The translations under genes were made by a program, and so were the position numbers. Below are positions 1-10,915 of a stretch of DNA of 64,000 nucleotides, piece after piece; the stretch's first letter is position 1; the number at the start of each line of letters is the position of its first letter. The notes beneath the pieces are model-generated. The model was not told the DNA's origin. It searched no databases and saw only the letters and a program-made list of their open reading frames with translations. Source of the DNA: Epithemia pelagica (lineage: Eukaryota > Protista > Bacillariophyta); the NCBI GenBank assembly GCA_946965045.2, contig OX337239.1:2728001-2792000 (forward strand). The letters run 5' to 3'.

Positions 1-1241
1 GCCAAAAACGTGGAAATAAGAAATTCGACGCCCAGCTAGCAGAGAACATTTGGTGGATGCAGAGCTTGGATCTGCCTCGAGAGTTGGCTGGTATTCCAGA
101 GGATCGTATTGCACAACTCAAAGAGGGCAAGTCTCCATATGCTTTAGAACAACACCAGAGGACACAGACTGTCGACCGATCTGAGGAAGGCCCGCTTGGG
201 ATCAAAATGAACGGGACTTCCGTATATATCAATCTACACAAGTCGTATCAGTTGCTCTCGACTGATGAGGAACATACAGAAACAGATGGCACGTCAGACA
301 CAAACCATTTACCATTTCCTCTGGGCGTTATGGTAGAGGTTCCCGGTGGTAACAACCAAAGAAAACGACATCGAACAGCAGGTCCATCGACCCCATCAGT
401 TGGTGACGATAGCCTTGGACAACGTCGATACACTGAAGTAGTCCAGGTTATCGTGAAGTATAAATCAAAGACGAATCATGGTATGACATTACCTGGATTT
501 TGTCTCCACTTTTTCAAGATCCATCATCAACGTTTCTATATGCACATGCACAGTGACCAACAGGGCACTAACCAACTTAGAACAACAGAAAATCCATATG
601 TATTGTTGACTGGATGCACAGAAATAAAGATCAACGATCCACCCTTTGGGACTATCCGGACACATCCCAACTAACAAAGTGAAGGCCCATGGCGGGATTG
701 GGTCATGGCCAAGGTACCTCGTAATAAACGGAAACCTTTGGACGAGATTTACAATCTTCCTTTGGGAGACATGGATACCCTACTGTGTCAGACTATATGC
801 TTTCTTTGTATTCCCTTCGCACAACAGACAGGAGATACATATCAACCAGAGAGTACCGATCATACAGCAACTCATGTTCTGCTTCGAACAACATATGTTC
901 AGTCCCAAACAGACCTGAAAAAAGCTTCTGTTCTTTTCAACAGATGGAGAAAACGTTTCGACATGGAGAGAATAGCCGAAGTCGTTATGGTTCCAGTCCA
1001 GAATATCATACGACTAGTTGGTGTTGTCGACGAGAACCCAGAAATGATTGAAGAACGAGATGCAGTCCCTCAATTTCTTCATTCTTCAACAGAATGTGAG
1101 CTATTGCAAGAAGATAACCGTAATTGAGAGAATTTCTCAGATATTGTTTGGGCTGTTCGTGATATAAAAGAATGGGCAGTGGAATTCAATAAATCTGCTA
1201 CTCCAAAATTGAAAGACAGGTATAAGGATCAACAGTCCTGA
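1..1241 (+). pseudogene. C-terminal part of a Plavaka-like (CMC-superfamily) transposase, starting before the window, with in-frame stops at 672-674 and 1125-1127
   Basis: ORFs 57..674 and 705..1127 are in the same frame, which stays open to TGA at 1239-1241. Read-through gives TEIKINDPPFGTIRTHPN*QSEGPWRDWVMAK ... VVMVPVQNIIRLVGVVDENP ... IVWAVRDIKEWAVEF. This matches my recollection of the R-x-HPNY-xxx-GPW-x-DW motif and C-terminal W-xx-F of Plavaka-type transposases. Not database-verified. Confidence 0.6.
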
Positions 1242-1419
1242 GGGATCACGTGAAGATCTCGATTGGTAGAGGGACGCGTTGGTCCATGCTCGCCCCACTT
1301 GTAACGCCAGACGACCTTTTCATGTTGTATTTATCTCTTGTCACTCATTTTTTCTAAAGAAGTAGAATCTTTCACACTCCGATTAACTCGATACTCGAAA
1401 CAAGTCATATATTCTGCTC

Positions 1420-2688
1420 TTGTTGAATATCATGGTTGTAAATCCGTACATCTCCCAAAAGAAGTCTAAGCCAATTGGTAGTAGCAAGGCCGGAAACGAA
1501 AGTCAAGTTCTTCTCATTGATAGTACAAACCAGAAATCAAAAGAGAACAGCAAACGGCCTCTATGTGAACACCACCCGATAAATCCATATACAGCCAAGA
1601 AAGTAAAAGACGAACCGTCACACGATCCCTCCAAGTCCAAACCAGACGATGCCACTGCTAACAACACAAATTCTGGTCTCTCAACATTTGTTCAAATGAT
1701 CGAAAACCAAGAAGAAGCAACCACAAGTACACACAAACTGCCGTCACCATTCCAAACTGCTTTAACAGCAACTAAGGAAACCGTAGGTGTGAACATAAAA
1801 CCGATGAATACGACAGAGAAAGCTGAGGAGTCCAAGAGGTCTAGCATCACCAACCCATACAACAAGAAGATAACAAACCCATACAAAACGAATCCGAAAA
1901 TAAACACCAATCATGGAAAGAAAATCCCAGTACTATGTGATTCACCACCGATGTACAAGCCTCGACCAAATCGCGAGAAACTCCACCCTGAGGTTGTTCA
2001 ATTCACCGAGCTTGTGAACCAAATCTATGGGTCCAACGATGTAAAGCCCGAACCCATGTGTCCCTGGTGTTTTGTAACAGATAATCTGTCCACCGACAGG
2101 TACTTGACCGGTAAATGTTGGCATCGTTTTGGAAAAACACATTCATGTGCGGAAAATTGTTATGGCTGTGGTGTACCAATGAACGGATGCGATTCAGGTG
2201 GTAACGAGCGATGTTGTACTGACGCCTTGTATATTCATGATTCTATGAATATAACACGTGAAGAATCAGACATCAACAAGGTTGCACTTGTGTGTAAATG
2301 CTGTCTTCGCCCGTGTAACTCTTATTCTGAATGTGTGTATTCACATGGATGTTGGAACTCTCCGAACAAACATTTCGTATGGAGATTTTGTCATATTGTT
2401 GGGCGTGCTTTGGTATACTCTGAACTAAAACCGAACTGTAAAGGACCAGGGAGTATCCCGAAACACGCACAGGATATAATCAAAACTGCCACAGAGTTGG
2501 TGTACAATGAACTCCGAGATCCTTATGAGTCATTGCAATACAACTCACCATTTTGTCATGTTATGGACCAAGATTCATGGTCAAAGTGGTTGGTTACAAT
2601 GTCTTTCGGGAACTTCCACAACTATATGTCATTCTTCCGACACTGCTACAATGCTCTGATGTCATCGAAGTACTCCCGACAAACCTAG
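1420..2688 (+). CDS. Cys/His-rich protein of 422 aa, probably zinc-binding, with a low-complexity N-terminus
   Basis: Uninterrupted ORF containing CPWC...CWH...HSC...CYGCG...C and further CKCC/C/C clusters. Confidence 0.65.
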   Translation: MLNIMVVNPYISQKKSKPIGSSKAGNESQVLLIDSTNQKSKENSKRPLCEHHPINPYTAKKVKDEPSHDPSKSKPDDATANNTNSGLSTFVQMIENQEEATTSTHKLPSPFQTALTATKETVGVNIKPMNTTEKAEESKRSSITNPYNKKITNPYKTNPKINTNHGKKIPVLCDSPPMYKPRPNREKLHPEVVQFTELVNQIYGSNDVKPEPMCPWCFVTDNLSTDRYLTGKCWHRFGKTHSCAENCYGCGVPMNGCDSGGNERCCTDALYIHDSMNITREESDINKVALVCKCCLRPCNSYSECVYSHGCWNSPNKHFVWRFCHIVGRALVYSELKPNCKGPGSIPKHAQDIIKTATELVYNELRDPYESLQYNSPFCHVMDQDSWSKWLVTMSFGNFHNYMSFFRHCYNALMSSKYSRQT

Positions 2689-2927
2689 GTAAATAACACA
2701 ATAGGAACAGTTAATCGCATCACAGTCGCCATCATACCAGTAGCTTCATCGTATCGCATCACAGCCGCCTTTTTCTGTCACATGTAAAATTTCATAGGAA
2801 GAGTTCAGCAGCGACAGACAGACATAAACAGAGAACGAGAATACACAAACGCCGACAGGAAGCCAAGCAACGATCTCCAAAGCAGGGATCTGACGACGAC
2901 TATGATTTGGACAACAAAGATGGGTAA

Positions 2928-3341
2928 AGTGAAGCAAAGGGACATTCTGGTTTCAAAGAGGACTCAGGTAGTACCAGCTCCGGTAGCAAGGAAGAGTCGA
3001 ACAGTGATGATAGCGAACAAACTCCTGTACCCGCTGTGGTTTCGCTAAAACTTCCTCCACAACAGTCAGGTACTGGGGATGATGAAGAATCTACAGATCA
3101 TGGTTCATCTGCTACCACCCTTCTCAAAAGAAACTTGCCCCGGAAGGCAAGAAAGGAACCCACCGTCAAATCCGTATCGAATGTGACATTTTCCAAGAAA
3201 CGTCTACCTCGCCGGAAACAACCGGCACGAAAAACGTTGGGAAACTGGGAACCAGATCCCAATTATGATATGACGAAGAAATATCCATATTTACGTCGGA
3301 AAACACCCGCAAGGAAAACAGTGCGCGGGGGTTCTCTTTGA
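2928..3341 (+). CDS. Basic low-complexity protein fragment with repeated R-K-x-P-A-R-K-T motifs
   Basis: The frame is open from 2928 to TGA at 3339-3341 and contains RRKQPARKT and RRKTPARKT. There is no clear ATG. Confidence 0.35.
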   Translation, partial: SEAKGHSGFKEDSGSTSSGSKEESNSDDSEQTPVPAVVSLKLPPQQSGTGDDEESTDHGSSATTLLKRNLPRKARKEPTVKSVSNVTFSKKRLPRRKQPARKTLGNWEPDPNYDMTKKYPYLRRKTPARKTVRGGSL

Positions 3342-4103
3342 GCACTCACAAAATGGTCGCTGATGAATTCATCTCCTTAGTGAAAAGTATTTCTGATCAG
3401 ACTCGAGACAGTAAATCACCCTCACCAATTTGTCCTTCCTGTCTTGTTTTCGGAAGAGACCCTTACCACATCTTCGGGAGTGATGGACACCTGTGTAGTA
3501 TCTGCTGCCACGGATGTGGTATAAACCATTATCGATGTGAACACCTCGGGAATGATTACAAATGCCGCTCGTCTTCTGCCCATGGTGGTTCAGAAACTCC
3601 CAATATTGCCAGAAAAGTAGCTGCAAACAACTCTCAAGGACCAGGAATTCATATCAAAGAACCAGCACGAACAAATATCTCTTTGAGCACTCACAAAATG
3701 GTCGCTGATGAATTCATCTCCTTTGTGGAAAGTATCCTGGTATAGAAACGAGCGGCATTTGTAATCATTCCCGAGGTGTTCACATCGATAATGGTTTATA
3801 CCATATCCGTGGCAGCAGATACTACACAGGTGTCCATCACTCCCGAAGATGTGGTAAGGGTCTCTTCCGAAAACAAGACAGGAAGGACAAATTGGTGAGG
3901 GTGGTTTACTGTCTCGAGTCCGATCAGAAATACTTTTCACTAAGGAGATGAATTCATCAGCGACCATTTTGTGAGTGCTCAAAGAGATATTTGTTCCATC
4001 ATCTTCTGCCCATGGTGGTTCGGAAACTCCCAATATTGCCAGAAAAGTAGCTGCAAACAACTCTCAAGGACCAGGAATTCATATCAAAGAACTAGCACGA
4101 ACA
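3333..4103. repeat. Complex direct-plus-inverted duplication: A, B, start of A, inverted A, B
   Basis: A at 3333-3571 recurs reverse-complemented at 3748-3996. B at 3571-3675 recurs at about 4001-4103. The start of A recurs at about 3679-3735. Confidence 0.95.
3338..3745 (+). pseudogene. Short Cys-rich ORF, paralogous to the zinc-binding domain of ORF 1420..2688 and rearranged by local duplication
   Basis: PSPICPSCLV...HIFGSDGHLCSICCHGCGINHYRC aligns by eye to PEPMCPWCFV...HRFGKTHSCAENCYGCGVPMNGC. Confidence 0.55.
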
Positions 4104-4455
4104 CGATTCTGGAGAAGAAACATGGCTGAAGTGGTTATTCTCTTGTCCACCGAACGGAGGATTTTACAATTACATGTTCATCTTCAACGTGTGTTACAAG
4201 GCATGCATGTCCGAGGTGGTCGACAAATAGTGGTCGAAGACCTGCCCAAAAGGATGATTTCTTCGGACAAACAAGGAAGAACAATTCAAATCTATATATC
4301 GTCGTAAAAACCCATTCCTTTAAGTTCCAGTAAAACCACAAAACCTCCTTCTCTTAAGTCCGTGCAGTAATTATCTTTCTTGCCAGTTGCATTCACATTC
4401 GAATTCTTTACTCTTGATTAGGAGACTCATGCTTAGGAGCTTCTTGTTATTCTAC

Positions 4456-4694
4456 TGAATAAATAATCACGGGCGCCCCTTTGTAACCTACGAAGGGCCT
4501 CGCTATGCCTCGCTACGCATCGCCTGGTATCGCCCGGCCCATAGTTGCGTGTTCGCTAGTGGGTACCGTGGTCGCTGTTTGGCCCCTACGTGAGCGATTT
4601 GCCCCCAAAGGGCACCCCTAGTTTAGTTACCATAATTTCTGATAGTTTGATTGTTGCAAGCCGTATATTGCGTCTGGCCGTCAGTTTTTATTCA
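4456..4694 (+). repeat. 5' LTR of the CoDi element (239 bp)
   Basis: Direct repeat of 10197-10436, with 4 substitutions and 1 indel by eye. Ends are TG...CA. Confidence 0.95.
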
Positions 4695-4711
4695 GTTTAT
4701 CAGACCCACTG
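4695..4711 (+). promoter_or_regulatory. Primer-binding site GTTTATCAGACCCACTG
   Basis: It abuts the LTR-terminal CA. An identical 17-mer abuts the unrelated LTR of the second CoDi (reverse complement at 57647-57663). Confidence 0.8.
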
Positions 4712-5189
4712 TCTGTTGTTTCCCCACTGTTCGCCGGACAGCAAGCGCCTGATCAACGCTCGGGAGTTGTTCGCGCTAAGCAGCTTCGTCACTCGCTCGC
4801 CTGCGTCATCTCTGTGACTTGTTTTTGTCACTGTGGGACCCACTCGCTAATTTGTGACTTGCGACTGCACAACGTACCGTGCACGTGCTCGTACACTTGG
4901 ACCGTCCATCCACGCGCGCCGTACGACTCAATCATTAAGCCTGCTGGCTTTCGACACGTGCCTGCTTGCTCGCGGAATCGCCGGTTCGCCGACTCGCGGA
5001 TTCGCCGATCGCCAACTCGCTCGCTCGCGGAATCGCCGGACGACTACTCGCCGATTCACTCGCAGATTGTTGGCTCACAGAAATTCGCTCTTCCCATCAC
5101 AATTGCAAATTTCTGCACAAGAACAAGCCTTCCCTTGCCATCCGTTTGACCTTCTGCTACCCTCCTACCCTTCATCCGACCCTTGAACC

Positions 5190-6448
5190 ATGGCCGCAAA
5201 GGCCTTCCGTACTGCACTGGGCCGCTGTGGCTACGACAATGACACCGTTGAGCACCTAACGCAACAGGGCTTCACAACAACGGATCAGTTCCTGGAGTTT
5301 CCCATCAACGAAGTCAAGCCCATGCTGAAGACATTAGCCAAGAACCTACCCGACGGTGTGACTCTACCCTACCAGTTCAACCTGAAGTTCCTTGGCTTCC
5401 GAATGTGGTTGGAGTACCGTTCTGTCCGTGGTCAGGACCTTGATGCTGGTGCTTATACTGGTGACGTAATCACCAAGTGGATGAAACGCGTAACGGAACT
5501 CCTGAATGCCACCACCACTGATGGTCAGGATGACCCAGTACCACCCAAAAGGCTAACGAACCTCGCCGATTGGGAACGTCACGACGGAATGTGGCGCACG
5601 TACTTGGGTCAGCACCGCGATCCGACAACGGGAGTGTCACCTACGTATTGCGTGAGGAGTCCGACGTACCGGACGACGCACTAACCGCCGATTACGACTG
5701 TATTGACGACGACCTAGTCGCGACCACTCGTCATGAGGGGGATCAGTACAAAGCCGACCGACGCAGAGTGTCTGAGCTGTACTACCCTCTTATCTACGAT
5801 GGCCCGGCATGGACGTTTGCTAAAACGCATGCGAAATCAAAGGACGGCCGTGAGGCCTACCTAACCGTCAAGCGGCAAGCCACTGGACAGGCCGCGAGCA
5901 TCCTGCGCAAGAAACAAGCTTATGCGCAGATCGCAAATGCTAAGTTTACAGGACGAGGGAAGTACCGCTTCCATGACTACATCCACCGTCACCAACATGC
6001 GCACAACACCCTGGAAGAGCTTGGCGAAACGGTTGCGGAAACGAAAAAGGTGACCAATTTCATGAATGGGATCACCGATCCGACGCTCGTCCAAGCCAAG
6101 ACCGTCGTTAACGGTGACCAGGAGAAGTTGGAGAACTTCGAAGCGTGCCAGCAAAACTTCTTGACTGTGCACAGTGCCGCCAAAACCGAAACGCAGGACG
6201 ACTCTCGCAAGATCGCCGCTGCTGGTACCACCCCAAGCAAAGGAAAGGGAAAAGGGCGCAATCAGAAAAAGAGCAAGAAGAAGAAGGACCGCGTTCATGC
6301 TGGTCACTACAATGCCAACGAATGGGCAGACCTGACAGAGGACGAACGCAAACAAGTCCTGGCTCTTCGCAAAGAGCGCAAAGAAAAGCGGAAGCTTGGA
6401 TCCGTCACCACCGACGACTCTTCCAACGCATCGTCTAACTGCCGATAG
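5190..6448 (+). pseudogene. gag: Copia gag with a frameshift at about 5650-5684
   Basis: ORFs 5190..5684 and 5570..6448 give a CoDi-type gag (YLGQHR...PLxYVLRE, AYAQIANAKFTGRGKYRFHDY, YNANEWADLTEDERKQV). Confidence 0.85.
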
Positions 6449-9400
6449 CCCATGGCAACCTCGTTCTACCGCCTTTGCGGACGGGGAGGAGAAACTGGGT
6501 GTAGCTGCCGCTACTGTCGTTCGCAATGGCGATCCGAATTCGATTGCCGCATCCTCCATTCCACGACTCATCAAAGCAGTGCGAACGTACCAGCATGCTT
6601 TTGCCAATCCATCACCCGATCTGGACGCCGACGCACAAGGCGACGACCTGTACGAACGCTTAATAGCGACGGTCACTGTTCATCCAGAGAAGGAGGAGCC
6701 TGATGTAGTCCCAGAGGACAAACGTGAACGTCGGCTGTACATGATCAAGACTGCTAACGAGTCTTCCCGAGCCGATCCTGCTGGTAAGGGAGTGCTTGAC
6801 GCAGCCGTACTGTCACAACGTTGGGGCATTGGTTTACCCAAAGCGAAGAATACGCTTAAAGTGACGACGCAGGCTGGAGTACGAAACGTATTAATCCCAT
6901 CTGAGCGTAAGGTCCGTAAGAAGGCACCGTGGCTCAAGTTCCCTAATGTGAAAGGCCGTTGGTTCTCGGACGAGATGTTTGCCAAGGAAGTATCACTGAA
7001 CGGGGACACGGGCGCCTCGATCTTTACAGACGGCAAACGATTCGACCACGTTTATCCCTGGAAGTCGAAAAAGCAACATCCTGAAGGATTGATGTCTTTG
7101 ATTCACAATGTAGGGATTCCCCAAACAATGGTATCTGATGGTGCCCGAGAATTGTTCCTAGGGAAGTCCCTGAAATATGCAACGAGTACCGCATAAAGAT
7201 GGAGAAAACGGTTCCTTATAGTCCATGGCAGAACGCCGCTGAAGCGAGCATTCGTGAACTAAAGAAGGGAGTTGTCAAAATTATGAGGACGACCGGCGCA
7301 CCACGACGTTTATGGAGCTATGCTCTTAAATGGTGCTCACACGTACGGCAAATCACGGCATCCGATATCCCTGAATTAGATGGACGTACACCCTTCGAGC
7401 ATGTAATTGGCTCAACGCCAGACATCTCTCCATTAGCCATGTTCCAATTCTATCAGCCGGTGTATTATCGCATGCCCATGGCACAGTTTCCCTTCGAAAA
7501 AAGACTGATTGGCCGATGGTTGGGCTTAGCCAATGATTGCACCGATGATATGGCCTATGAAATCCTAACGCAAGAGGGCAATCATGTCACACGAAAAGAT
7601 GTGTGGGCCATTCCGGAAGACGACCTGAGGAATCCGACGATTCATCAGCAGTTGTTGGACTATGATACCGCTATTCAAACGCAAATGAAAGAGCCGCCAT
7701 CTGATGGCACAACTGGGAGCGATCCACCCCCAGACCTCTTTGACGAAGGTGAACTTCTAGAGCCCTTGTTCCCAGAGGCCAAAGCCCTGGAATCCGACGC
7801 GTACACGCCGGAGGAACTAGACGAATACCTCACCGCTGAAGTCATGCTGCCGCGAGGAGGTGAAAGCGCTCGAGCGAAAATCATTGGACGCACGAAAGAT
7901 GCTCATGGGCGACCTATTGGTGAGCGCGACGCAAACCCAATCCTTGATACCCGGTACTACGACGTACAGTTTCCGGATGGATCGGTCGAGTCGTATGCAA
8001 CCAATATGATCGCAGAGAATCTGTATTCGCAAGTTGACCCGGAGGGCAATGCGTTCAACACATTGAAAGCCATTGTGGGTCACCGCAGTGATGAGACCGC
8101 AGTTAAGCGAACAGACGCATCGTTCCTTGACGGCACATCACACCACACAACGAAAGGCTGGGAATTGCAATGTGAACTATCCGATCAATCAACTGTTTGG
8201 CTGCCGCTCAAAGACGTCAAGAATGGAAATATGATTGAAGCCGCCGAATACGCAGTATCCACTGGCATCGCAAAAGAGCCTGCTTTTGCATGGTGGGTGC
8301 CACGTGCACTTCGCAAACGAGACCGCATTATCAAAAAGGTAAAGTCACGTTATTGGAAGCGAACGCACAAGTATGGCATTGAGCTGCCCCACTCTGTAGA
8401 AGAAGCCCTGGCGATTGACCGCCAAACGGGGACTGACTTCTGGCGTAAGGCTATTGAGAAAGAAATGAAGAACGTTGGCATTGCTTTCGAATTTCCAGCT
8501 GATGGCGAAGTGCCTTCTGGATACAAGCATATTCCCTGTCATATGGTTTTTGATATCAAATCAGATCTGCGACGAAAAGCACGGTTAGTGGCCGGAGGCC
8601 ACAAAACTGATCCACCCAAAGAATCGACCTATTCTAGTGTGGTATCACGCGATAGCGTACGCATTGCTTTTACTATCGCTGCACTAAATGGTCTAGATGT
8701 TCTCGTCGGGGACGTGCAAAACGCATATCTCAACGCACCGACTAAAGAGAAGACCTATACCACCGCCGGACTCGAATTTGGACCAGATAAGGTTGGACAA
8801 CCTGCACTGATAGTGCGCGCATTCTATGGTCTCAAAAGTTCTGCCGCAAGGTGGCGTGATCACATTGCCGCAACGCTCCGCGATATGGGATTTAAGATGT
8901 GTCAAGCTGATCCTGATGTATGGCTTCGAGCGAACACTCGACCATCTGATGGGTTCCAGTATTACGAGTATGTTTTGGTCTATATTGATGATCTGCTAAT
9001 TGTTAGTCATGATCCCAAAACCGTGATGCAGGACCTGCAGAGGCGCTATACGATCATACCCGACAGTATCAAACCGCCAGACGAATACTTGGGATCCGAA
9101 ATTCGGCGTTATACCATACCCGACACGCAAGATCCGTCGAACCGTGATCGTTGGGCCATGTCCGCTGACAAGTATTGTAAGCGTGCTCTTGCCGAAGTCG
9201 AAACGGAAGTGGAGAAATCCGGAGAAAAGCTGAAGTCAAAAGTGACGACGCCAATCGCCGATGGATATCGCCCGGAATTGGATGCGACTCCTGAACTCGA
9301 CGCAAGACGTGCGAACTATTACCAAGGACTAATCGGTATTCTCCGTTGGATTGTTGAACTCGGTCGTATCGACATTACAACCGCAGTCTCCCATATGTCC

Positions 9401-10075
9401 CGTTTTATGGCGAATCCACGAGAAGGACATCTCGAGCAAACGTTGCACATCTTCGCGTATCTGAAGAAGTACAATAAATCCGCCATTGTGTTCGACGACA
9501 CAGCCCCTGACTTTGATGAGTCACGTTTTACCCGGCCGGATTGGTCTGAGTATTATCCTGATGCTGCCGAGGCGATTCCGCCAAACGCACCAGCACCGCG
9601 TGGTAACGCTGTCACCACGACTTGCTTTGTCGATGCTGATCATGCTGGATGTCGTGTCACACGGCGCTCTCAAACAGGAGTCCTACTGTTCTTGCAAAGA
9701 GCACCGATCATGTGGTATTCAAAACGACAAAACACTGTTGAGACGTCTACATTTGGCAGTGAGTTCGTGGCGGTGAAAACTGCCATTGAAATGATTGAAG
9801 CATTTCGTTATAAGTTGCGAATGATGGGTATCCCGTTGGATGGAGAGACGAATGTGTTTTGTGACAGTGAATCTGTGTTTAAGAACTTGACGCAGCCGGA
9901 ATCAGTCCTAAAGAAGAAGCACAACGCAATTGCTTATCATCGGACTCGTGAAGCGCAAGCTGCTGGACTTGTGCGCATTGCATGGGAAGAAGGTAAAACG
10001 AATCTTGCCGATATCCTAACCAAACTGCTACCCGGGCCTCGATTGCGATTCCTGGCCCAACGTATCATGTGGTAG
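6396..10075 (+). pseudogene. pol: Copia pol (pre-integrase, integrase, RT, RNase H) with a frameshift at about 7150-7196 and no protease motif
   Basis: Motifs LSQRWGIG, FSDEMF, VSDGARE, PYSPWQNAAE, KARLVAGGH, DVQNAYL, VYIDDLL, FVDADHAG, FCDSES and NLADILTK are present in order. Confidence 0.95.
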
Positions 10076-10196
10076 CACCCCTTTTAAATCCAAAATGGGA
10101 TCGCCCCTTTTGAAGAATAGTCCGACGTACTGGACCGGCCTCTGCTGACATGACGAACTAAACGAAGTTGCCCACCCCGATTTTGTTCGCGGGGAC

Positions 10197-10436
10197 TGAA
10201 TAAATAATCACGGGCGCCCCCTTTGTAACCTACGAAGGGCCTCGCTATGCCTCGCTACGCATCGCCTGGTATCGCCCGGCCCCTAGTTGCGTGTTCGCTA
10301 GTGGGTACCGTGGTCGCTGTTTGGCCCCTACGTGAGCGATTTGCCCCCAAAGGGCACCCCTAGTTTAGTCATCATAATTTCTGATAGTTTGATTGTTGCA
10401 AGCCGTATACTGCGTCTGGCCGTCAGTTTTTATTCA
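10197..10436 (+). repeat. 3' LTR of the CoDi element (240 bp)
   Basis: Near-identical to 4456-4694 and preceded by GGGGAC. Confidence 0.95.
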
Positions 10437-10915
10437 CTACGGTGGTCCTCTAGTGATTCTCCGGCGGATCCACATCAATGGTACTGACGGACTCTTGCTT
10501 ATGAGACTCTTGTTTAGGAGCTTCTTGCTAGTCTGTGTCGTGCTTCTTATTTGGCAGTCCATACCTAACACCCAACAGGTCTATTGCCTTGTCCACATCC
10601 TCCATTGAAATTTTATCTGAAAGCCAATGAACGCTGCATGTATCATCATGCAGTGCTCATGGGTTTTGCCTCAAATTATCTAAGTCCAATCGAGGAAGTG
10701 TACAAGGTAATAGGATCTGAAGGGGTTGCAGAGGTGTACTTTGGAGACCCTTGCCATACCGAGTGTGAATTCCTCATCTTTCAAGGATTAGGGTAGACAA
10801 CAAATCTACCAAACAATGGAGCTAGACACCATATTCTCTTCATAGCTTCAACGGCAATTCTCGGTGAAGCGTTCCAAGACTCAATAGAAGCGCTAGTGAC
10901 AGCGTTCACCGTGGC

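Larger units (their letters stand above)
4456..10436 (+). mobile_element. Ty1/copia LTR retrotransposon (diatom CoDi-like) with both LTRs, frameshifts and a protease deletion
   Basis: Two LTRs bounded by TGAATA...TATTCA, gag-integrase-RT-RNaseH order, a purine run (GCGGGGAC) before the 3' LTR, and flanking CTAC duplication at 4452-4455 and 10437-10440. Confidence 0.97.

Noticed and set aside
5861-6676. 271-aa antisense ORF
   Set aside because: It is the shadow of the GC-rich gag on the opposite strand and has no independent motifs.
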